Source: an uncultured Clostridia bacterium (GTDB lineage Bacteria; Bacillota; Clostridia; Christensenellales; UBA1242). Taken from it: a stretch of 64,000 nt of DNA. Positions 7,689 through 17,577 of the stretch are shown piece after piece. Below the pieces are notes generated by a model. The model saw only the letters and a list, made by a program, of their open reading frames with translations, did not search any database and was not told the DNA's origin. The DNA lies in assembly GCA_944382715.1 (NCBI GenBank), contig CALWNC010000003.1:19856-83855 (forward strand), in the 5' to 3' direction. Made by a program: the position numbers and the translations under genes. Positions within the stretch are counted from its first letter, which is position 1. The number at the start of each line of letters is the position of its first letter.

Positions 7689-9158
7689 ATGGAACAGAAA
7701 AAAGTAAGTAAAAAGAAATTAAAAAAAGTTAACTACACAGCCGAGTTAAGAGCAATGTTTGATAGTGAGAACTTGGTTTTTGAATCAAAAAAAACTTTGG
7801 GTGGCGAAAACTACTCAATTTTTTACATTGAAAGTTTAATAGATAAAAAACTATTAAGTGTAGCAGTACTTGCTCCCATTGAAAAATTAGATAACAAAGA
7901 TATTAAAGAAGGAGAAACTGCGTTTGATGTAATAAAGGGAGTTATAGCAGTGTCTTCAATTGAAGTATGTGAAGATATAAATAAAATTCGTGATAATTTA
8001 TTTTCTGGCTTTGCAATTATACTTTTTAGTGACAAGGCAATTTGCTGTCCAATTTATGCACCAGAAAAGCGTGGAGTTCAAGAGCCCCCAAATTCAAAAG
8101 TAATAAAGGGACCTAGGGAAGGATTTGTTGAAGATATATTTACAAATACTGGGCTAATTAGAAAAAGAATTAGAACTCCAGAACTAAAAATTAAAGAAAT
8201 TTTTGTTGGAGAAAAGAGTAAGACGAGAATATCAGTGTTTTATATTAGTAATGTTGCAAAGCCTGAACTTGTAGATGAAATTACTAAAACTATTGAGTCA
8301 ATAAGCATTGATGCAATTATAGATTCTTACTACATTGAGTCTTTTCTTGAAGGTGATAAGCTAAAGTTTTTCAGGAGACTTGGAAACACAGAAAAACCCG
8401 ATGTTTTCTGTGCTAAAATTTTAGAGGGAAGAGTTGGAATTTTAGTGGACGGTTCACCCGTTGCCCTTACTGCACCTTTTGTTTTACTTGAAGATTTGCA
8501 AAGTGCAGGCGACTATTATACAATCCCAGCAATTGCAACATTTACAAGGGTTATGCGAATATTTGGACTATTAATTGCAATTTTAATGCCTGCAGTCTAT
8601 GTTGCACTTCAAAGTTATAACTATAGAATTTTGCCAATAAATTTTTTAATTACGATACTTAGTAGCATTGAGGGATTGTCAATTCCACCTTTGCTTGAAA
8701 TTTTATTTGTTATATTTTTGTTTGAGATTATAACGGAAGCCAGTCTTAGAATGCCCGACCCACTAGGTATGGCTCTTTCAATTATTGGTGCGTTGGCACT
8801 TGGAAATACTGCCGTTGATGCGGGAATTATATCCCCACCAAGCATTGTAATTGTGGCAGTGTCTAGTGTGTCACTTTATATCATACCAGACCAAATCTCA
8901 GAAACTAGACTGTTAAGGTTAATCTTTACTGCTGTTGGTGGAATAATTGGCCTTTACGGAATCTTTGTAAGCATTGTAATTTTAACAACCTACCTTTGCT
9001 CAATTGAAAGCTTTGGCGTTCCATATCTTGCACCTTATGCCCCTAATGTAAGGGAAGATAAAAAAGACGCTTTTGTGAAAAAATCAATTCAAACAATGAA
9101 GCATAGACCAGAAATTATTGCGGGTAAGGATAAAGTAAGACAAGGAGATAAAAAATGA
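7689..9158 (+). CDS. Spore germination protein, GerA/GerKA (A-subunit) family
   Basis: Typical A-subunit layout: a soluble N-terminal half ('GPREGFVEDI', 'IRKRIRTPELK') followed by C-terminal TM helices. First gene of an A-B-C operon. No obvious SD precedes the ATG. Confidence 0.85.
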   Translation: MEQKKVSKKKLKKVNYTAELRAMFDSENLVFESKKTLGGENYSIFYIESLIDKKLLSVAVLAPIEKLDNKDIKEGETAFDVIKGVIAVSSIEVCEDINKIRDNLFSGFAIILFSDKAICCPIYAPEKRGVQEPPNSKVIKGPREGFVEDIFTNTGLIRKRIRTPELKIKEIFVGEKSKTRISVFYISNVAKPELVDEITKTIESISIDAIIDSYYIESFLEGDKLKFFRRLGNTEKPDVFCAKILEGRVGILVDGSPVALTAPFVLLEDLQSAGDYYTIPAIATFTRVMRIFGLLIAILMPAVYVALQSYNYRILPINFLITILSSIEGLSIPPLLEILFVIFLFEIITEASLRMPDPLGMALSIIGALALGNTAVDAGIISPPSIVIVAVSSVSLYIIPDQISETRLLRLIFTAVGGIIGLYGIFVSIVILTTYLCSIESFGVPYLAPYAPNVREDKKDAFVKKSIQTMKHRPEIIAGKDKVRQGDKK

Positions 9159-10240
9159 CATCAAGACAATTTTATTTTGTAATAATAGTTTTTACTATCT
9201 GCTTAAAAATCCAAAAGATGCCATGTCTTCTGTATAACTATCTTGGTAAGGACAGTTTCTTTTTAATTTTATTATTTTTAGTGCTTGATTTAATTGGAAT
9301 AATAATAGCATATCTCTTTGCGAAAAAAATGCAAAAAAATGACCTTTTAAGAGCAAAATCACTTTCACCATTTGGTTTTGTGGTAAAATTTGCATTAATA
9401 TTAACTACATTTTACTTTTTTATGCAAGCAATGCTTTTTTATGAAGCAATTCAAGATTTATTTTCACATATCTTATTTGATAATTTGTCGTGGACGCTTT
9501 TTAGTTTATTTTTAATATTTGCAATTTTCTATCTAGCAAGCTCTGGACTTAAAATAATTGGTAGAAATTTTGAAGTCTACTTTGCAGTCATTATTCTTTC
9601 GCTAATTGTCTTAGCAATTTTTGGCTCAATGCATACGGACTTTACTAGCATTTTACCACTTCAAACACTATTTGCTAAAAATTTTTGGGAAGCATTCAAA
9701 ACCTTTAATCTTTGGTTTGGTGATTTCGTACTCATTTTCTTTTTAACTATAAACTCAAAGGAAACAAAACTAAAATTCACAGTTTTAAGCTATGTCATTT
9801 CAATGCTGTTTGTAATGCTATTATTTTTAGAACTAAATGGATTGTTTTTTGATTTTACACCCGTTCAACCAAGCTTAATTAGTATAATATCTGAGCAGGC
9901 TCTTCTTGGGGTTGACATTGGTAGACTTGACTGGTTCTGCATACTAATCAGCGAAATGGGAACCGTACTTTGCTCTGCACTTTGTTTATGCTTCGCCACA
10001 AAGTCAGTTAAATTTGTTTTCCCAAAAGTAAAACCAAATATTGTGCTTTTTTGTTTTAGTGCAGTTCTTTATCTCACAGATGTATTTTATCTTGTTGACA
10101 GAAATGCAAAAACTGAGCTTTTTATGAACTTTGGTGATATTTATGCTCTCGTACTAAAAATTGCAATTTTTGTTATTTTAACCATAATAAATGTTCATTT
10201 TTGCTTAAAACAATCAAAAAAGAAGAGGGCAAATGTATGA
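9155..10240 (+). CDS. Spore germination protein, B-subunit (APC-like permease) family
   Basis: Multi-pass membrane protein of ~360 aa. Its ATGA start overlaps the A-subunit stop. Position is between the A and C subunits. Confidence 0.8.
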   Translation: MTSRQFYFVIIVFTICLKIQKMPCLLYNYLGKDSFFLILLFLVLDLIGIIIAYLFAKKMQKNDLLRAKSLSPFGFVVKFALILTTFYFFMQAMLFYEAIQDLFSHILFDNLSWTLFSLFLIFAIFYLASSGLKIIGRNFEVYFAVIILSLIVLAIFGSMHTDFTSILPLQTLFAKNFWEAFKTFNLWFGDFVLIFFLTINSKETKLKFTVLSYVISMLFVMLLFLELNGLFFDFTPVQPSLISIISEQALLGVDIGRLDWFCILISEMGTVLCSALCLCFATKSVKFVFPKVKPNIVLFCFSAVLYLTDVFYLVDRNAKTELFMNFGDIYALVLKIAIFVILTIINVHFCLKQSKKKRANV

Positions 10241-11631
10241 AACAATATGCTAAAAAACATTTAGGTCTTATAATATTTTTAATAATAGTTTTGGTCTTTC
10301 CAATAAGCTTGTCAAATCAAGTAAAGTTAAATATGCGTGTAATTGTAACTGGCATTGCCATTGATAAAAACGAAGATGAATATGAAGTAACTGCTCAAAT
10401 TATTAATGCTAGCCCCGGTACAGAAAGTCCCGGTCAAAGTGCAGAGATTAACTTTTTAACGGATACGGGAGAAACAATCTCAAAGGCAATCTCAAATTTA
10501 ATGTATCGTACGGGTAAAGTATCGGCGTTTTCCCATACAAGCTTTGTTATTCTGGGAGAAGATGTTTTAGAAGAAGATGCAACAAAATGCTTAGATATTT
10601 TTGCTCGTGATAAAATCATAAAAAACTCAGCACTTTTACTCTTTGCAAATGGCAAGGCTAAAGATGAAATTCAAAAGACAAAGGATCTAGAACTATCCGT
10701 TGGTCTTGGACTTCAAAAGGTTTATACTTTTAAACAAGAAGAGTGTCACGGACTTATGGTTACAATCTTAGATTTTTTAAATAATAGTAAAATGTATGGA
10801 AAGACTTCTGTTGCAAGTATAGTGAATCTTGGAGATAGTAGTATTCCTTCATCAAGTGAAAGTGGGGAGAGTGAAACTGGGCAAAGTGGCTCTGGGTCAA
10901 GTTCACAAGGTTCATCAAGTGGCTCTGGGTCAAGTTCGGATAGTTCAAGCCAAGATTCCAGTTCATCTAGTAGCTCTCAGCAAAGCAGTTCAAATGAAGG
11001 TGAAATGGAGGGTGGAAGCTCGTCGGGTAGTTCCAGTGGCTCTTCTAGTGGCTCGGGTAGTGGTTCTTCTAGTAGCTCAGGAGCAGGAACTATGAGTTTT
11101 AGATCAAATGCTGGCATTAAGGTTTTTAAAAATGGCAATTTTGCATTTGACATTACAGATGATGACCAAATTTTAGGATTTATGATTGCCACAAACAAGA
11201 CAAAGACTTGCTATCTTGATATTGACAACATAGAAAGTGAGAGCTTTAAAGATACTAAAATGACCATAATTATTAAAGACAAACATGTTTCAAAAAAAAT
11301 TCGATTTGAAAATGGATTCCCACGACTTGATTTAATTGTGTCAATCAATAATTCAGAAATCAATGAAATTTTATCTGTAGATATCCACCCAAATATTGAT
11401 GAAGAGGAATATGACGCAATAGAAAACGCAGTAAGAAAAACCGTATCTGACTATATAAGTAGTGCTTTTGAACTTTCAAAAAGCAATGGTGCAGATATTT
11501 ATCATGCCTATGAAAGTGCATATAAGTTTAATTATAGGGAACTTGAAAAATACTATAAATTTGATGAGGACAGTTTTATTCAAGATTTAAAATTAAATGT
11601 AAAAGTAGAGATTAGAAAGCTTGACTACTAA
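10237..11631 (+). CDS. Ger(x)C-family germination protein with a ~85-aa Ser/Gly-rich insertion and no lipobox cysteine
   Basis: The ATG at 10237 overlaps the B-subunit TGA. 'RVIVTGIAIDKNEDEYEVTAQII' and the C-terminal domain are typical of GerxC. The signal-anchor region 'LVFPISLSNQV' contains no Cys. Confidence 0.78.
   Translation: MKQYAKKHLGLIIFLIIVLVFPISLSNQVKLNMRVIVTGIAIDKNEDEYEVTAQIINASPGTESPGQSAEINFLTDTGETISKAISNLMYRTGKVSAFSHTSFVILGEDVLEEDATKCLDIFARDKIIKNSALLLFANGKAKDEIQKTKDLELSVGLGLQKVYTFKQEECHGLMVTILDFLNNSKMYGKTSVASIVNLGDSSIPSSSESGESETGQSGSGSSSQGSSSGSGSSSDSSSQDSSSSSSSQQSSSNEGEMEGGSSSGSSSGSSSGSGSGSSSSSGAGTMSFRSNAGIKVFKNGNFAFDITDDDQILGFMIATNKTKTCYLDIDNIESESFKDTKMTIIIKDKHVSKKIRFENGFPRLDLIVSINNSEINEILSVDIHPNIDEEEYDAIENAVRKTVSDYISSAFELSKSNGADIYHAYESAYKFNYRELEKYYKFDEDSFIQDLKLNVKVEIRKLDY
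10884..10937 (+). repeat. Exact 21-nt direct repeat (period 33 nt) inside the Ser/Gly-coding tract
   Basis: aagtggctctgggtcaagttc occurs at 10884-10904 and again at 10917-10937. Confidence 0.8.
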
Positions 11632-11711
11632 TGTGACAAAATATGAATAAATGATAATATTATTATTTTATAAATAGTATTGGTTTTAAAATTAATTATT
11701 TTTGAATTGAT

Positions 11712-11744
11712 AAAAGCCACCTTGCAATTGCAAGATGGCTTTTG
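11712..11744. terminator. Bidirectional terminator between the ger operon (+) and rpsR (-)
   Basis: AAAAGCCACCTTGCAATTGCAAGATGGCTTTT: an AGCCA-CTTGCA / TGCAAG-TGGCT stem flanked by an A-run and a T-run. Confidence 0.6.
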
Positions 11745-11783
11745 TCTAATTTAATTATTAATACTTTTAATTATAGGCAAAAA

Positions 11784-12053
11784 TTACAGTGTTCTATAAG
11801 GAAGAAGTGCCATAACTCTTGCTCTTTTAATGGCATTGGTAAGTTCTCTTTGATGTCTTGCACAGATGCCAGTTGTTCTTCTAGGAATGATTTTACCCTT
11901 TTCAGTCATATACTTTCTAAGTTTTACTGCATTTTTATAGTCAATAGTTTCATTTTTTTCTGCACAAAAGAAACAAACTTTCTTTGATTCCTTGTGGAAC
12001 TTATTAGGATTTTTATCATCATAAGAAGAGTCTTTCTTCATTTTTCTATCCAT
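11784..12053 (-). CDS. rpsR: 30S ribosomal protein S18
   Basis: '[54 protein letters not shown]'. AGGAG lies 8 nt upstream of the ATG. Confidence 0.95.
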   Translation of the reverse strand: MDRKMKKDSSYDDKNPNKFHKESKKVCFFCAEKNETIDYKNAVKLRKYMTEKGKIIPRRTTGICARHQRELTNAIKRARVMALLPYRTL

Positions 12054-12064
12054 ATTATTCTCCT

Positions 12065-12499
12065 TTAAAATGGTAAATCGTTATCATCAATTGGTGTAAA
12101 TGTATTAACAACATCACTTTTTCCAGTTGACTTTGAACCAGTTGGAACATCTGGGGTAGAAGTTTCTGTGTCGCCACTTGAACTTTTAGATGTTAAAAAC
12201 TCAACCTCTTCTGCCACGATGTCAGTTGCATATCTTTTAGTCCCATCGCCAGCTTCATAGCTTCTCGTTTGAATAGAACCAGAGATTCCAACCTTACTGC
12301 CTTTTTTGAGATATTTGTAGCAATTTTCTGCAGCTGCACGCCAAACTACAATATTAAAAAAGTCAACTTCTCTTTCACCATCACTTGATGAAAATCTTCT
12401 TTGAACGGCAAGACCAAATCTACAAAGTGAAATACCATTATTTGTAGTTACAAGTTCAGGGTCTTTTGTCAAATTACCAATTAATATAACTTTATTCAT
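12065..12499 (-). CDS. ssb: Single-stranded DNA-binding protein
   Basis: OB-fold N-terminus '[16 protein letters not shown]' and acidic tip 'DDNDLPF'. The start was moved to the ATG at 12499 behind GGAG. Confidence 0.95.
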   Translation of the reverse strand: MNKVILIGNLTKDPELVTTNNGISLCRFGLAVQRRFSSSDGEREVDFFNIVVWRAAAENCYKYLKKGSKVGISGSIQTRSYEAGDGTKRYATDIVAEEVEFLTSKSSSGDTETSTPDVPTGSKSTGKSDVVNTFTPIDDNDLPF

Positions 12500-12513
12500 A
12501 ATATTCTCCAATC

Positions 12514-12795
12514 TTATTTAGCAACAATCATAAATCTAACGACATTTTTGTTGATATTTAACTTTTCAGTTAATGTTTTTGGCAAGCTGTCTTCTGCTTC
12601 AAAGTTCATTAAAACATAATAACCTTCTTGCTTGTAGTTAATAGGGTAGGCAAACTTACGCATTCCCCATCTGTCTGGTTCTTGCGAAACACCACCATTA
12701 TTATCAACAAGTGCTTTAACATTTTGAACAACTTGTTCTTTCTCTTCATCAGCAACGGAACTGTCAATGATGTAAAGAAGCTCGTAGTTTCTCAT
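12514..12795 (-). CDS. rpsF: 30S ribosomal protein S6
   Basis: 'MRNYELLYIIDS...RWGMRKFAYPI'. AAGGAGGAAA SD lies upstream of the ATG at 12795. Confidence 0.92.
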   Translation of the reverse strand: MRNYELLYIIDSSVADEEKEQVVQNVKALVDNNGGVSQEPDRWGMRKFAYPINYKQEGYYVLMNFEAEDSLPKTLTEKLNINKNVVRFMIVAK

Positions 12796-12822
12796 AATAT
12801 TTCCTCCTTTTGGACTCATTCG

Positions 12823-12842
12823 GTTTTAGGCTAACCTAAAAC
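12823..12842 (-). promoter_or_regulatory. 5'-UTR hairpin of rpsF (candidate S6:S18 autoregulatory leader)
   Basis: Perfect 8-bp stem GTTTTAGG / CCTAAAAC with a 4-nt loop. It lies between the predicted promoter and the rpsF SD. Confidence 0.35.
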
Positions 12843-12858
12843 AAGGAATTGTAGCAAT

Positions 12859-12887
12859 ATTTTAGCATAAAAAAAAATAATTTGCAA
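12859..12887 (-). promoter_or_regulatory. Sigma-A-type promoter candidate for rpsF-ssb-rpsR
   Basis: On the minus strand: TTGCAA (12887-12882), 17-nt spacer, TAAAAT (12864-12859), preceded by TGc (extended -10). Confidence 0.5.
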
Positions 12888-13420
12888 GTATTTTTATAAA
12901 ACTTTATTTTTTAAGAAAAATTACACGAAACTAAGCCAAAAAGATTTAATGTTTTTGTTTTATATTTATTTAAAATTGTAATAAATCAATAAATTTAAAT
13001 TCTTTTTTACATTTTAAACAAATAAATAAAAAATAAATATCATAAACATAATTTTAAAAAATAGTACATAAAATAGAGAAGCGGGGGAAAAATTTTAGAC
13101 AAATAAGCGTGGTCATAAATTTTTAATAAATTTTAGCCAATTTGCACTCTAGGCACACAATCAAAGTTTAAAAATCCATCAGTTGCTGTCAAATTTGTTT
13201 CAGTTCCCTGTTTGATGACAAATTGTTGGTATTATAAATTATATATTTTTTTTGTAAAATTAAAAAAATTTTAACGCATAATTGACAATTATCAAAAAAA
13301 TAATATAATATATGTTATAAGCACACTTAAAATGGCATATATTGTTGGTTTTAAATGTATTTTACGGATAAAGAAACGCAGTGCCTACAAAGTGTGAAAA
13401 AATCTAAATGCGAGGTCGAA

Positions 13421-16315
13421 ATGGCAAAGAAAGGAACAACAATTGATACTGAAAATTCGGAAGTTTTAGCTGAGAAAGAAGTTTCTAAACCTAAAAGAAC
13501 AACTAGGGCAAATTTAGCAGACGACACTTTAGCAACATCTTCGCCAAAGCGAACTCGAACTAAAAAGCCTACTCTTGAAAAGGCGATAGAACTTCAAAAT
13601 GAGCAAGTAGAAGTTGCAGAAGACCTTCCAAAATTTGAATTTGAAAAATCACAGTCAGAGGATAGCTCTGCAAAACCAGAAACGGGAAAAGAAACTAAGG
13701 AAGAGTCACAAGCTCCAGTTCAAGAAACAAGCGTAGCAAAGGAAACTAAACCTAAAAAGGTTGAAAAATCTTCAAATAAAAAAGAGGACGACAAAAAGAA
13801 AAATACTGCTAAAAGTCATGCAAATGATAAAAAGGCTAAGCAAAAAGAAAAACAGAGAGATGACGATGATGAGCCAAAACTTAGTGACTTTTTTAAGCTG
13901 TTTGAAAATAAAAATAAAAAGAAAAAAAATAAAAATATTGTACCTAAGAAAGTTAGAAGAATAAAACCCGACTATCAAAATGGACTTTCTCATGACCAAA
14001 TTCAAGAGAGAATAGAAAAGGGTCAAATTAACATAGTCCCAGATAAGAGCGTAAAGACCATTTGGAGCATTGTTAAAGAAAATGTATTTACATTTTTTAA
14101 TATGCTTTGTTTCTTGGTTTTTGTGGCACTTGTAGTCGTAAATATTATGTATGACCAGTCGTGGAGCAATGTATTTTTTATGCTCATCATTGTCATTAAC
14201 ATAATTATTGGAATAGTTCAAGAAATTAGGGCTAAAAAGACCATTGAAAAACTGTCATTACTCACTGCACCAACAGTCAAAGTTGTTCGTGACGGAGTGG
14301 AAGAAACCATTGCACAAGATGAAGTTGTGCTTGATGATATTGTAATTTTGTCTACTGGAAAACAGATTGTTGCAGACTGCATTATCGTTGAGGGGAACGT
14401 CGAAGTAAATGAAAGTATTTTAACGGGTGAAAGTTTGCCAATAAAGAAAAAGGTTGGCGATACAATCTTAGCGGGAAGTTATATTGTTGCAGGAAAGTGT
14501 CACGCAAGAGTGGACAAAGTTGGTCTTAATAACTATATCCAGCAGTTGTCACTTTCAGCAAAAAGATATAAAAAGCCAAAGTCAGAGCTTTTCTCTTCAC
14601 TAAAACTCATTGTAAAAGTGATTGGCGTTGTAATTGTTCCTATTACCGTTTTAATGTTTTTTAATAACTACAATCAGCCGAATAGTACCATTGTGTCAAC
14701 CATAACCACAACGGCAGGCTCGGTTATTGGTATGATTCCTGCAGGTATGTTTTTGCTTTGCTCAGTATCATTAACTGTTTCAGTTATTAAGCTTGCAAAT
14801 AAAAAGGCACTTGTTCAAGACCTTTACTGTGTAGAAATGCTTGCAAGAGTAAATGTCCTTTGTCTTGACAAGACGGGCACAATTACTGACGGTACTATGA
14901 AGGTTTACAACTGTGTTCAGTTAACCAGCACTGAAAATACCATTAAGCGTATTATGGGTTCAATGCTTTCAGCACTTGGTGATAACAACCAAACCAGTCA
15001 GGCACTCATAAACTTCTTTGGATACAATAAAGAACTTAAACCAACCATAACTTTGCCATTTAGTTCTACTCGAAAACTTTCAGCCGTCACCTTTGACGGT
15101 GCAGGCACATACATTATGGGTGCACCTGAGTTTGTTATGCCTAATATGAAAAATGACAAGATTAAAAATATGGTGGAGCAATATTCAAAAGACGGTTATA
15201 GAATTTTGCTTTTAGCACACTCTCCAAACTCTATCGTAAAAGAAACCATTCCAGACAAAAAAGAACCAATTGCAATTATAGTACTTGAAGACCACATTCG
15301 AGAGAATGCCGCAAAAACTATTAATTGGTTTAAAAATAACAATGTAAAGGTAAAAATTATCTCAGGCGACAACCCTCTCACCGTTTCAGAAATTGCAAAG
15401 AGGGTTGGAGTTGAAGGTACGGACTCATTTATAAGCCTTGATGGACTTAATGAAAAGCAAGTTATTGCAGCTGCAAATAAATATACTGTATTTGGAAGAG
15501 TTACTCCAGAGCAAAAGGCACTTTTAATCAAGACTATTAGAAATGATGGCAATACCGTTGCAATGACGGGTGACGGCGTTAACGATATTTTGGCACTTAA
15601 AGAAGCTGACTGTTCAATTGCAATGGCAAGTGGAAACGAAGCCGTTAGAAGCGTAAGTCATATGGTGCTTATGAATAGTGACTTTTCAAGTATGCCGGAT
15701 ACGGTTTTAGAGGGAAGAAAAGTTATTAACAATGTGCAAAAATCATCTTCACTCTTTTTTATGAAAACTCTGTTTACACTGATTTTCTCACTTCTTGTGC
15801 TAGTTTTAAGACAGCCATATCCGTTCACCACTTCAAGAACACTTTTGTTTGAGTGGTTCATTATTGGTATTCCTTCGTTCTTCTTGGCATTCTTGCCAAA
15901 CAACAAGCCAATTGAGGGTAAATTTATATACAACCTTATCAAAAATGCACTTCCGGGTGCTCTAACTCTCGTTTTAAATATCGGTGGAATCTATCTATTC
16001 AACTTTTTGGTTAATGGCTCAATTTCTGCAAATATGGAAAATGTTTCCACAATGGCAACTTTAGTTTTAACTTTCGTCGGTCTTGCAATGCTCTATAGGC
16101 TTTGCAAACCATTTAACGGATTTACTACAACAATCTTTATAGTTATGCTTGCACTTTGCTTTATTTGCATATTTATGTGGCCTGAGTTTTTTGGTATTAT
16201 TCCAGTACTTGATCTCGGTCTTACTAATATTCTATTTATTATTTGTCTTTCATTTGCTGCACCAACAGAAATTAGTATATTCTATAAATTCTTGAATCGT
16301 ATGCGTCTTGAATAA
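13421..16315 (+). CDS. Cation-transporting P-type ATPase (HAD-IC) with a ~200-aa lysine/glutamate-rich N-terminal extension
   Basis: 'ILTGESLPIKK' (TGES), 'CLDKTGTITDG' (phosphorylation site) and 'MTGDGVNDILALKEADCSIAM'. About 10 TM helices. The start is set at the ATG at 13421 behind GAGG. Confidence 0.9.
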   Translation: MAKKGTTIDTENSEVLAEKEVSKPKRTTRANLADDTLATSSPKRTRTKKPTLEKAIELQNEQVEVAEDLPKFEFEKSQSEDSSAKPETGKETKEESQAPVQETSVAKETKPKKVEKSSNKKEDDKKKNTAKSHANDKKAKQKEKQRDDDDEPKLSDFFKLFENKNKKKKNKNIVPKKVRRIKPDYQNGLSHDQIQERIEKGQINIVPDKSVKTIWSIVKENVFTFFNMLCFLVFVALVVVNIMYDQSWSNVFFMLIIVINIIIGIVQEIRAKKTIEKLSLLTAPTVKVVRDGVEETIAQDEVVLDDIVILSTGKQIVADCIIVEGNVEVNESILTGESLPIKKKVGDTILAGSYIVAGKCHARVDKVGLNNYIQQLSLSAKRYKKPKSELFSSLKLIVKVIGVVIVPITVLMFFNNYNQPNSTIVSTITTTAGSVIGMIPAGMFLLCSVSLTVSVIKLANKKALVQDLYCVEMLARVNVLCLDKTGTITDGTMKVYNCVQLTSTENTIKRIMGSMLSALGDNNQTSQALINFFGYNKELKPTITLPFSSTRKLSAVTFDGAGTYIMGAPEFVMPNMKNDKIKNMVEQYSKDGYRILLLAHSPNSIVKETIPDKKEPIAIIVLEDHIRENAAKTINWFKNNNVKVKIISGDNPLTVSEIAKRVGVEGTDSFISLDGLNEKQVIAAANKYTVFGRVTPEQKALLIKTIRNDGNTVAMTGDGVNDILALKEADCSIAMASGNEAVRSVSHMVLMNSDFSSMPDTVLEGRKVINNVQKSSSLFFMKTLFTLIFSLLVLVLRQPYPFTTSRTLLFEWFIIGIPSFFLAFLPNNKPIEGKFIYNLIKNALPGALTLVLNIGGIYLFNFLVNGSISANMENVSTMATLVLTFVGLAMLYRLCKPFNGFTTTIFIVMLALCFICIFMWPEFFGIIPVLDLGLTNILFIICLSFAAPTEISIFYKFLNRMRLE

Positions 16316-16638
16316 GCTTATATTTAAAAATTGTAACTAAGAGTAATGAGTGATACTTGTAACTTGAATTTATTTGATAATATTAAATAACATTAGAACA
16401 CAAATTTCTTTAAAATTTATATTTCTTATGGGACAACAATAAAGCAAGTAGCTAACTATGTTTAAAAAAATTTAATTTATTTTAACTTTAAATAGTATTC
16501 AATAAATAAAACGCAAAATAAAAAGCCATTAAATTTGGGCAACCCCTAAGTTTAATGGTTTTTATTTAATCAATTTAATTATTTTTTATACCTTAAATAA
16601 AAGTGTTGTGGCATAATAACATTTTATCAACTAAAAAC

Positions 16639-17274
16639 TTATAACATTCTTGCTTCTTCTTGTGGTGGAAGGTCTTTCATATTTTTAAGTTCATCTGCAT
16701 ACTGCTTGATTATTTCTGAATGTGGAGATTTTGTAGCCTGCAATTTCATTGATGCAATGATTTCTTTTCTTGCTTTTGGGTATTGAACGCCATATTCATA
16801 TTTTAAGCAATAGTCATCACCATTTTTAATAGCACTTTCAATGAATTTTCTGTCGGCAAAATCTACAGTTTCTAAAAAGTTTTTAATGTATCCAATTGAG
16901 TGGAAATTTGCAAAGTTTTCATTAATAAGTTTTTTTTGCTTGTCATCAAATTGGACCCGTTTAATATAGTCAAAAATAATTCTCCTGTCTGGGCAATATT
17001 CATTCCACTTCTTTAAAAATATTGGGGTAATTTTATATTGTGTCTTGTTAATGAGTGAAAGGGTGCTCTTTTGCTCATCAGTTAATTTTTGCTTGTTTTC
17101 CAAAATTGCCTTGTTTTTTTGTAGGTAAAGTGTGATTGAATAAAGTGCATAAGTATTGCAATGTTTTGCAATGTCCAACAAAACTGCAGGGTCCCTGTTA
17201 CCTTCAAATTCTGCAATAAATTCTCTGTGCAACTCTTGAAAGTTAACATTGTCATCATAATCAAAGTATCTCAT
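16639..17274 (-). CDS. Hypothetical protein (211 aa)
   Basis: Long ORF with protein-like composition and no recognised motif. A hairpin at ~16523-16565 (CCATTAAA / TTTAATGG) lies downstream. Confidence 0.55.
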   Translation of the reverse strand: MRYFDYDDNVNFQELHREFIAEFEGNRDPAVLLDIAKHCNTYALYSITLYLQKNKAILENKQKLTDEQKSTLSLINKTQYKITPIFLKKWNEYCPDRRIIFDYIKRVQFDDKQKKLINENFANFHSIGYIKNFLETVDFADRKFIESAIKNGDDYCLKYEYGVQYPKARKEIIASMKLQATKSPHSEIIKQYADELKNMKDLPPQEEARML

Positions 17275-17577
17275 AATTTTTCTCCCTTAGTTTAACCTTA
17301 ATTTGTTTTAGTATAAATCTCAAATCAATTTTTGTCAATACTTAAAAAAAATAACAATGTATTTTTCTAAATGTTTATAATTACGAAAAAATGTTAAAAT
17401 TTGACAAAAATCTATTATTATTTATAATGGAAATGTATTTTAGATTGTCGTTGCCCTAGTACAAAAAATATTAAAGAATATACAAAATTTAAATTTGCAA
17501 TAAAAAAAATTAATCAGCATTTAAATTTTTCTGTTATTATAAAGAAAAATGAAATAATTTCACTTTAAGGAGAATTT

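Noticed and set aside
10760-11198. Alternate-frame and antisense ORFs (10760-10966, 10829-11095, 10977-11198) over the GerxC Ser/Gly tract.
   Set aside because: They are generated by the repetitive agt/ggc/tca codon tract. The GerxC frame is continuous with conserved flanking domains.
11742-11987. 81-aa plus-strand ORF opposite rpsR.
   Set aside because: It is antisense to the highly conserved S18 gene and has no SD.
13095-13235. Relatively GC-richer patch in the rpsF/ATPase intergenic region, with a 33-codon open frame on the minus strand ('...FVIKQGTETNLTATDGFLNFDCVPRVQIG*').
   Set aside because: It has no start codon or SD and is too short to judge. It may be a gene remnant, but I cannot support that from sequence alone.
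13772-14221. 149-aa antisense ORF and 67-aa sense ORF over the ATPase 5' region.
   Set aside because: This is the poly-A/poly-T-rich Lys-coding tract read on the opposite or shifted frame. It has no SD and hydrophobic junk composition.
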